Part shown: piece by piece, positions 60,701 through 64,000 of the stretch
How positions within the stretch are numbered: position 1 is the stretch's first letter
How the letters are laid out: every line of letters begins with the position of its first letter
NCBI GenBank assembly: GCA_044892525.1
Contig: CM097888.1
Span: 28,520,001-28,584,000, forward strand
Source: Schmidtea polychroa
Lineage: Eukaryota
DNA: 64,000 nucleotides
Direction of reading: 5' to 3'
Translations under genes and position numbers: made by a program
The notes under the pieces: generated by a model
What the model was told of the DNA's origin: nothing
Seen by the model: the letters and a program-made list of their open reading frames with translations, nothing else
The model's database searches: none

Positions 60701-62561
60701 TGAACTCTTGGTTTCTCACTACTACTGGGAGTATTTCGGCTACCTGTTTTATCGCTTCCTCCCTTGCTTTTCTCAACTTTATTTCGATATCTTCGTCTTC
60801 ACTTTCACTGGTTATCTCGTTTCCGCTTTCTTCCTCTTTGATTTCCCCTTTTGGGGGTTCGCTTATTTCATTCGGCTGTAGTATTTCTCCACCCAAACTA
60901 CTTACATAATCTTCTTCTTCGTCTGACGATGCTACATCTTTTGTCCTTTTCATCATATTGATTTGCAAGTTTCTCATCCTTGGTACTCTCTTTAGTTTCT
61001 TTCTTTCGAATATTGTTGTTTCTTCTGATTCTGATTCTTGTAGCATTTGGTGGTTTAGTTGACTGGTTTGTTCCTTGCTCTTGTTATTTTCATCTTCTGT
61101 CTCGGTTTTCGCTTTATTATGTTCTTTTTCGATTTTATCCTTTATCTTTTTCCAGAATATTTTCTGAATTCTCTGGTTTCCTTTTAAAATCGTGGTTGAA
61201 TTCTCTGTTTTCATTTCCGTTGTTATTTCTTTTGCCTTTTCTGGTTCAGTCATGGGTACTACCCTTGGGCTTTTCCCGTAATTGTAGCAATACTGGCTCT
61301 TCATGTCTTTTACTAACTTCATCATATTTATTCGCAATGGTTGTTCTTGTCGTTGTTGGTTGCGTTCTTGTTTTATCCTCTCTTCCTCGGCCTGTAGCCT
61401 TTGCCATTCTTGTACATGTTGATGCACTTCATAATTGTTGAGATTTTCGGTACTCCTCATCATACGTATATTCTGGGTTTGTTGTGGTGCTGATTCTTGT
61501 CTTGGTCTCATCATTTGTTGCATCATCTGTTTCATCTGCGAAATTTCCTGCATAACGTTCATTTGTTTTCCTTCGTTAGGGTTACTTTGTCGTTGCGGAT
61601 TCGCTATATAATTATTATTTCGCTGTGGTGGTCGTTGTTGTTGGCCCCTTTCTCGGCAATCTCTGGAGATGTGACCTGGCTGACCACAGTTAAAACAGCC
61701 TCGCAATTGGCATACATTTTCGGTATGTCCACGCCGTCCGCAACGATTACAATTTGAATTTCTATAACAATCTCTGTCCCAGTGTCCTGGTTTACCGCAT
61801 GTTCGGCACTGCTTGTTATCGTTCATATTTCGCCGATTATTGAAATTGTTCTCATTATTCGGGTTGTTACGATTACCATTATTCCCGTTTGATCGTCCTT
61901 GTGGTGGTTTGAAAATTTGGTGCGCTCCTGGTATAAATTGATTCATTTTCGGTTCTTGATTGTTGTTATCTCCGTTATCCGCTTTCGCTATTGCTGTCGC
62001 TATCCTTCCCTCCTCTTGCATAATATTCATTTGAGCTGGAAGGTGGAGCTCGCATCTTGTAGCCCAATCTATGGCTTCCTCTAATGTTTTGCACATTTGA
62101 CAACCTACTGAGGCTCTTACTTCTTCTCGGCGTAATCCCTCTATGAAATAACCGATCAGATTTTCTTCGGGTAATTTTCCATTCATTGCTTTCTTCGCTA
62201 ATCTCCGCAATTCACTGGCATATAATGTTATCGATTCGTTTGCTCTTTGTTTCCTATTTGCTAGTTCGCCCAACGCCTGGTTGATTGGCTTACTGGCTCC
62301 GAAGGTTTTCTTCAGGAATGTTTTAATATCTTCCCACTTTTCTAATTTCGTGTCTCTCTCTTTAGCTTCTAAATATACCTCTAATGCACTATCGCACAAA
62401 AACAACGGCATCCTTTTACTAATTGCTTCGGGTGTCCATCCACACACGGTGATATAAACTTCAAAATTAGTTATGAACGTTGCTAGCTTGTTTGCATTTC
62501 CGTTGAACGGTTCTCCTCTGAATTTCTCTTTATACTCGTCGGTTTTTGCGACATTCGTCAT
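48708..62561 (-). CDS. 4617-aa Gag-UBLx3-Bcl2-Env-PR-RT-RH-IN-ANK-membrane polyprotein
   Basis: Single uninterrupted frame; domain motifs are listed in the sub-features below. Confidence 0.95.
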   Translation of the reverse strand: MTNVAKTDEYKEKFRGEPFNGNANKLATFITNFEVYITVCGWTPEAISKRMPLFLCDSALEVYLEAKERDTKLEKWEDIKTFLKKTFGASKPINQALGELANRKQRANESITLYASELRRLAKKAMNGKLPEENLIGYFIEGLRREEVRASVGCQMCKTLEEAIDWATRCELHLPAQMNIMQEEGRIATAIAKADNGDNNNQEPKMNQFIPGAHQIFKPPQGRSNGNNGNRNNPNNENNFNNRRNMNDNKQCRTCGKPGHWDRDCYRNSNCNRCGRRGHTENVCQLRGCFNCGQPGHISRDCRERGQQQRPPQRNNNYIANPQRQSNPNEGKQMNVMQEISQMKQMMQQMMRPRQESAPQQTQNIRMMRSTENLNNYEVHQHVQEWQRLQAEEERIKQERNQQRQEQPLRINMMKLVKDMKSQYCYNYGKSPRVVPMTEPEKAKEITTEMKTENSTTILKGNQRIQKIFWKKIKDKIEKEHNKAKTETEDENNKSKEQTSQLNHQMLQESESEETTIFERKKLKRVPRMRNLQINMMKRTKDVASSDEEEDYVSSLGGEILQPNEISEPPKGEIKEEESGNEITSESEDEDIEIKLRKAREEAIKQVAEILPVVVRNQEFIDVIPFRRFVQKVMKLERNEKDLIPNEEKSIIKNYMEKMKQADTTRYVIKIGTSRGLERMWIKNTVTDELFDWIREHLGSSRKKEYLYQYQGDQIKPDMHLVDALIWPGETQILKLHKEKQPANIYDWAKDAKAEYDFNIKLKLEQIKQCTLRRNLDKLIKQIQEQVEDNWDLLITRRAPAMYELMSRLRDTEMLRMSDWRTINLIHKYGRLKETQPQRLEITIWLPNEEKRRIKMSNQSTVDDLVSKINQEITEKVRSESSDGMVDDVVMMYDKIILRAEDDTSLSEMGMWDNHQIIRIVPMDEFRTRDVTYQKEIRDRMKTLYQKSTEIIEIHQQWLKEKELQGKITKLNTRSCRRTPWERVWNAENKEWEIRKGIFVETDIGETESESEEEEEEPPEYEEEARGQTSDDESETDVTSESENEARHIHAMRKKEREYADMDGEEATEAREREEKERYKQLGDILAMGAKNQKRQVVALANIILKTSENIHNLRGMAKAIEEYRQYNEWYPEQLEQIIRKWRNQEWAQDTQERYHIRIKYPDKSIEELEVHPTTKIRELKKKLAYETPFHLQLFGKSLDDNADVGITPMRLEETNVLTMAETLGKPLKRKSKIIKPTKGSLSTPSPNKAPSKSNETEEVEEIILEDSDDESGERSPLLVRWPTGAEMWTNNQPSTSYQQPTKLNIKEIIDNTTETETDEQFQKQREPTKVTPEGQTDKIIDEWNEWLRNNDSSLPRTDNERNPNYENTREAGTMMEKRAKGRPKKQGEKSEFKTKEQLKQEQGQVRLEKLDKIVWDLKEAQPTIERGEKWIRELLKDMLIITNPQLRRLWQRKVASTEARQLWHTISGIIPKLIKEKTKTTKTDWDETKRVIEQLTTNANDDEHHLVVITYLMYNLMGLAARKIPNKQFANHVEMTVSIIENTIEPHIIRAGGWKRLIQAPRKNEQERSMQVRLKKLLNELEWELPMKDPASRKASINSLMMTMMIWMLCTSGATGFTIYDCDNMIMRDKYSLRDIEECRQASPNKLDIVRTKVTYHVYQESDFIRTQARECVVSKKVLAYYCGQYSYSTLILPGLDKEIVSIQREDCKELFRTGALKMHNGVTIHGQTGMIKTESVYVSGKVKSSDGSCNGGTYTIRGEVISGVVVIESYTVELKEYEAQFDANNYQMKTNPACKATENVCRTGVSTIIYEANTQKCRLQLLKSALFNEVTGEIYENENDEDGNDRVRMRNGKPMPPSPREKRLSTQKTPTALITDDPDLGMRFIKEKETTKCDSIVYKTNYAGIYMSRQIIDRAVGKIATEDVKLYLYANNKMDFLFHRGQTTLQKVYYDLIQNDCSLNKEILKTKLAIAITHPDNTMPSLPLPDGHFGRMVGEVMYTYQCTKTYARMPEKSILPEKRCANELEIRYKGQNRFVQPVTRIMNPVGFYPNLFNCSNAYGPLYERPDGKWMMLPGKTISEEPKKFGLIELATELDFKPIDVSNGGMYSPEDLETARLNVLFPARRESILSNMVTITGGTNYQSGPNYELLLSPDHFQQATSNMMKAMWGRFLVFGQMMAGILGIILIIQIVRVILTQMLACFDIYKREKKVNWKMIVGFLPFLAKTMVLHGHSKDIHRIKRLIKILTKIKGTDEEVGRRFRKVMYDEATRRQLKKNKPKFLDRFRSQSSNSDSDDDDNGNDKCLYPNRNPNEKPMETAPYWEKEKTNTWIANGSYIPPDIVGPQAALTMTQNMYPQLPSQPGMHYMPTRRTKSVDQADDVRTIAAMSLPGGPAVTVMIQINGQETNAMIDTGANVSAIAINQIPSKHWKDIESTTIHIIACSKETVDVVGRWWTTLRYQDNEIETYLAVIPKLSVPCIIGTDLMPELLKEVVIDLTTMCLKDKTGRICKMNAVIRCPEKIIVPAKSQMICQIKVDTGMEGEVIFEPSQSFEKRRELPLAREIITINQEGVIPLNITNFEEEDKIIYENEKLGRLTPMMDIELPKVTNEMIKDDELWTIDSMLLTNDEKKKLHRLLVEYKDIFAISDLDLGTGDVTLHAIPLIDETPIALRPYKLAEMQKEIAEAEVQKMLDAKVIEPSCSPWQFPVVMVKKKDGTQRFCIDYRKLNAVTKRDTYPLPDINEMLLMLQGAAYFTSLDLKSGYWQIKVKDEDKEKTAFTLGRDLYQFRKMPFGLTNAPASFQRCMNFVTHGIKQCMVYIDDLLIYSATFEQHLEDIRNVFIRLRQWKLKLKPSKCDWAKEKVTFLGHIVSAKGKEPDPRNIEKIKTCPAPKTVTQVQEFLGLCGYYRKFIKNYAGIAKPIQELVKKDISFIWEKEQQQAFETLRDKLIEAPILVHPDFKKPFLLATDASGYAAGAILGQLDDEGKERVIGYYSRTFKKHEKNYSVTEREALAIIQAIKHFRYLLWGHEICITTDHQPLVWLGQHKEASSRLMRWAMQLQEYSPFIKFKAGRANANADCMSRFIFPDLVDSEMQRICLIVAEDLDFCQLRKDQQEDAELKQIIDYVKTGKTDVYAKDQKLKEHMDKHRHRYIIEKDWLLIMDGEKRLMCIPENRRKELLTQYHDGRLGGHMSSKKTLARMKQKYFWPTLTEDVTEWVKNCLTCATRKNTGSKWKAPLTPMPVPIEPMTMISMDVVGPLPESDKGNVYILVITDFLTKFPEAFAMPDQKAKTIAKILVEEICCRYGTPKQILTDQGTNFMSEIMSEVTNYFKIAKLRTSPYHPQTNGMTERFNGTLIQMLSNYVDRHQRDWDEYINLCLMAYRMSIHASTKMSPFKLMYGRECNMPMDLEYQPPISQYMEIDDYVTKFKERMQEIWETAGLNIKFYQESYKDLHDRKKNVKQHTFQTGDWVMIETPELIPGTTKKLQRNGKGPYEILFVGETNVRVKLVNNPFTRPIYVNVARCKSIPKTATSQPEGRTLTTRSQTYRMNMMQQLAEPITGRLGIQPSEAEKIVKEVKIRIPGWAKDRLDFEILGGLLTMIENYANRERTHPLLRVVKSQWPILFTITDHYGDTPLHKLMKVGNNEQILETIEAFHDCKRSTEQTNNQGYTPLMIAANRGKTKDIITALLDTGSKITTQDHERKNALHHAIEGRSTEAFTSLMELLSYEDNREVGNMYDGLLTAIKEKLTTITGILITWRNPIQNDYMINVNEAFTRGENTLMREAMKGHHLFEIPNQLLERGIKFTNHKDEQLAKGRIDTFEKSLFQFTNQVRNKYWETVSVLYMMDTMNNIRENYLDIIQILTAEERINNPNGKKTKIRYEKSRESKSTTNQTVTNNVIETKSMSIDQEAIIRKAKEVFFEEMLELPDEIILSKIIKAVHTYARDQTTGLDIGKIKTFLPRAFTMVTKDSRTPLQQAILAAKENRAITIVRILGEMGEETNTKNEQGETAMMYAAITKIHPKTLHILHQSGSKLDERSNEGNSTLDWATIQPNLEMIRFICKNATKEEVENMCKNTSQFQWNTVRKNLEAMKLLLTWRVPQNNKYAINVNEFYENGENAMVKNTLTKGGTPKIILVVLNREDLKFTQNQNEQQRIGKHRRMQLRELVKEWNRKRHAATGRKEFEFEAKLARNRVLTAYRRLLNDINVEDDILNDSGGDKHDDNNGKGRKEDKEKREPEEGKPENKDSDTKREGNSPGTKTKEEEKSNNGKQRVCLPFTNKEIETNMILMIIMLTMIELVTAQGGTRTIKETKEAENQDSKEDELKQEKKKQAQEQQWDLKEEWDLKERCILGRCMSRAYQKLVLINEATEPITEVRIQEAYRNRDGKRITNVKGKEVHLGKGGEVVITQLQPRKEHKVCISRLGPGERCHQYVTQQQPPKEYTVCIWRNESKRECRRYPGKRGKKRKNHDEKDEGGKHKKTGEEAQDNYVSEEEMEKIQKMAKEGMNEEIARIREMMKGNGKRRNEKSTEAISTLTNKEKPESISVKQMMWISGIIITGAFLIITGGTIKIIKDKRHRGELEMTRIRNFQHRVKRPSDIKQGQWVEAWNVQRPPNSRI
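50200..51700 (-). other. Two ankyrin-repeat blocks (~51230-51700 and ~50200-50670)
   Basis: GDTPLHKL, GYTPLMIAA, KNALHHAI; RTPLQQAI, GETAMMYAA, GNSTLDWAT. Confidence 0.88.
51990..53100 (-). other. Integrase (HHCC + DDE + C-terminal domain)
   Basis: HDGRLGGH..CLTC; MDVVGPL, TDQGTNF, HPQTNGMTERFN. Confidence 0.97.
53330..54600 (-). other. Reverse transcriptase and RNase H (Ty3/gypsy type)
   Basis: RPYK, SPWQFPVVMVKKKDG..RFCIDYRKLN, LDLKSGYWQI, MPFGLTNAPASFQR, YIDD (54102-54113); TDASG, YSVTEREALAI, TDHQPL, NANADCMSR. Confidence 0.98.
55080..55385 (-). other. Retropepsin aspartic protease
   Basis: AMIDTGANVSAI (D codon at 55331-55329) and CIIGTDLM. Confidence 0.95.
55950..57770 (-). other. 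Signal peptide + chuvirus (Jingchuvirales)-type glycoprotein ectodomain + TM anchor
   Basis: MMTMMIWMLCTSGATG/FTIYDC, CDSIVYKTNY, LYANNKMDF, QNDCSLNK, HFGRMVGEVMYTYQC, CANEL..FVQPVTRI..CS, GMYSPEDL..VLFPARR, MWGRFLVFGQMMAGILGIILII. Confidence 0.8.
57885..58300 (-). other. Bcl-2-like domain
   Basis: IIENTIEPHIIRAGGWKRLI matches BH2 (Bcl-xL YLNDHLEPWIQENGGWDTFV). It is preceded by a hydrophobic helix at BH1/alpha5 spacing, lacking the NWGR signature. Confidence 0.65.
58900..60575 (-). other. Three ubiquitin-like domains (~60345-60575, ~59795-60047, ~58900-59103)
   Basis: Beta-grasp patterns, e.g. YHIRIKYPDKSIEELEVHPTTKIRELKKKL..LQLFGKSLDD; LEITIWLPNEEKRRIKMSNQSTVDDLVSKI..DDTSLSEMGM; YQYQGDQIKPD. 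None ends in GG. Confidence 0.7.
61655..61812 (-). other. Three CCHC zinc knuckles (nucleocapsid)
   Basis: CRTCGKPGHWDRDC, CNRCGRRGHTENVC, CFNCGQPGHISRDC. Confidence 0.97.
62040..62540 (-). other. Gag capsid-like domain
   Basis: EPFNGN..FITNFE..GW..LFLCDSAL..WEDIKTFLKKTF..RKQRANESITLYASELRRLA..FIEGLR..KTLEEAI. Confidence 0.85.
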
Positions 62562-63870
62562 GATTGGTGTTCTAGGTTCGTCTGTTTCTTTTAAATTGTC
62601 TAACGATGTGACTAAACTTTGGGCTGATAATTCTTCGGTTGACGTTGCTAAACTATTAGTGATATCGGACAGACTTTCTCTACTTCGAGATCGACTAGGG
62701 GTATATCCGAGATTTTCTTGGTCAAATATGGGTACTTGATTGGTTCTTCTGGATCCTTGTGATATTCCTCTTTGATGTTTAATGGATCGTCCTCTTTTGA
62801 GTTGTTGTAATTCGTCTCCTGAAAATAATACGTCTCCTGGCTTACTAGAAGATCTAAGATTGGGTTTATCCGTGATTCCTTTCTTACGCTTCTTGGTAAT
62901 TAGCGGCTATTGAATCGGACGCGTTCGGTTCTGATTGTGTTTCCTTCGATAAATATTCTGTATGAATCTGCTACTGAGATCCTGAGGAGATTTACTAATC
63001 CTTGGCAGATGGCTGCTAATACTTCTTCCGTTCTGGAGTCTTCCGGTTGCTGTGTCTCTCGGTGCGGGTTCTGAATGGATTTATCCTTGGTTGATTGTCG
63101 ATTTTCTTCGAATTCCTTTTGTGCAGGTTCTGGATTGTCTTGGTTGGCTGGATTGGCTTGATATCTAAAATGAAAAAATGATCTCGTGTTGCATTTGCTT
63201 ACACGACTTCATCATTCTTTCTACAACATTCAAAAACAGACACCTTTTAGGTTTCTGTTTGTGCTTCCTTTATCTTTTGTGAAATCCTTTCTGCGGGTTA
63301 TAATATCCCATCAGCCCGTATTTTCCGTCGATTTTAAATTATCTATATGGGGTAGTAACAATTATCTATAAAGTCGTAATAATTATCTATTCGTTATCAA
63401 TTATAGTAAAAATAGGTCGTTGTCGGTCTCTGCTTATTACCCCCCTTTCATTTTCCTAATCCTTTTGCGCTGTTGTCGCTATTTTACTTTTCATATTCAC
63501 TATTATTACGCTCGGTTCTACTCTGGAACCAATAAAATGCATTTTCCCGGTTTAACAAAAAAAAATATTCCGTAGAGTTTCTCTACTTCACTGGGATCCC
63601 TTTAATTAGTTAGTTACTTTCCTCTTTACTCATTATCATCATTTCATCTATTCTTTATTTTCTATTGTCTCTTTAATTCGTTTCCTTCTTCCCTTTCCTT
63701 TTTCATTATAATCTTATTTTCTTTTCCACGAGCTCGTTTATTTCCTCTCTAAACTCGAATTTTCAAAATTACATTCAATTTGTTCTAGCTAGCTTTAATA
63801 TTCCATATCAATAGTAATCTAAATATTATCTCATTGTAGCTTAACTGCTATCTCTCGCTTTTCTAGGCCT

Positions 63871-64000
63871 TTACGACTGGCTGGCACTATTCAACAGCTC
63901 AATCTTCTTCCTTCTGATCGGTTGGACTATTCAACAACTCGATCTTACGACTGGCTGGCACTATTCAACAGCTCAATCTTCCTCCTTCCTGATCGGTTGG
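63871..64000. repeat. 74-bp tandem repeat (at least 1.75 copies, truncated by the window end) with an internal subrepeat actattcaaca
   Basis: ttacgactggctggcactattcaacagctcaatctt at 63871 and 63945. Confidence 0.9.

Larger units (their letters stand above)
38572..64000 (-). mobile_element. Giant Ty3/gypsy (Metaviridae) retroelement, at least ~25 kb, with env-like and accessory genes; 5' end lies beyond the window
   Basis: Gag-PR-RT-RH-IN order with gypsy-type RT (YIDD), a 13.85-kb uninterrupted ORF and six co-oriented intronless ORFs. The left boundary is inferred from an LTR-like terminus (TGTGACGG at 38572 on +). Confidence 0.85.

Noticed and set aside
44363-62739. Dozens of + strand ORFs rich in F/S/L, and short alternative-frame minus ORFs
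   Set aside because: They are antisense or off-frame shadows of the A-rich polyprotein and cargo genes, with no independent motifs.

Overview
AT-rich eukaryotic (invertebrate-like) genomic scaffold with two N gaps. Host genes have very short (~41-47 nt) introns; the species cannot be determined from the sequence. The left ~38 kb is ordinary TE-rich genome. It holds host genes (ILKAP-type PP2C phosphatase, a linker histone H1 variant with a 12-aa repeat tail, exons of an AMN1-like LRR gene, 3' exons of an unidentified gene), a ubiquitin pseudogene, and many DNA transposons: an intact Buster-type hAT with perfect TSD, a degraded Buster with a nested Tigger/pogo, piggyBac- and hAT-type MITEs, and a Polinton/Maverick remnant. 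The right ~25 kb (about 38.6 kb to beyond the window end, minus strand) is an apparently intact giant Ty3/gypsy-type (Metaviridae) retroelement. It encodes one 4617-aa polyprotein: Gag(CA, 3 CCHC) - three ubiquitin-like domains - Bcl-2-like domain - internal signal peptide + chuvirus-type glycoprotein + TM - protease - RT - RNase H - integrase - two ankyrin blocks - second signal/FN3-like/TM module. Downstream are six co-oriented intronless accessory ORFs, including a full RING-ZnF-MATH TRAF protein, separated by short spacers that share a splice-acceptor-like motif. This looks like an enveloped, retrovirus-like element carrying an apoptosis/immune-signalling toolkit. All domain calls are motif recognition by eye and need HMM or structure confirmation.
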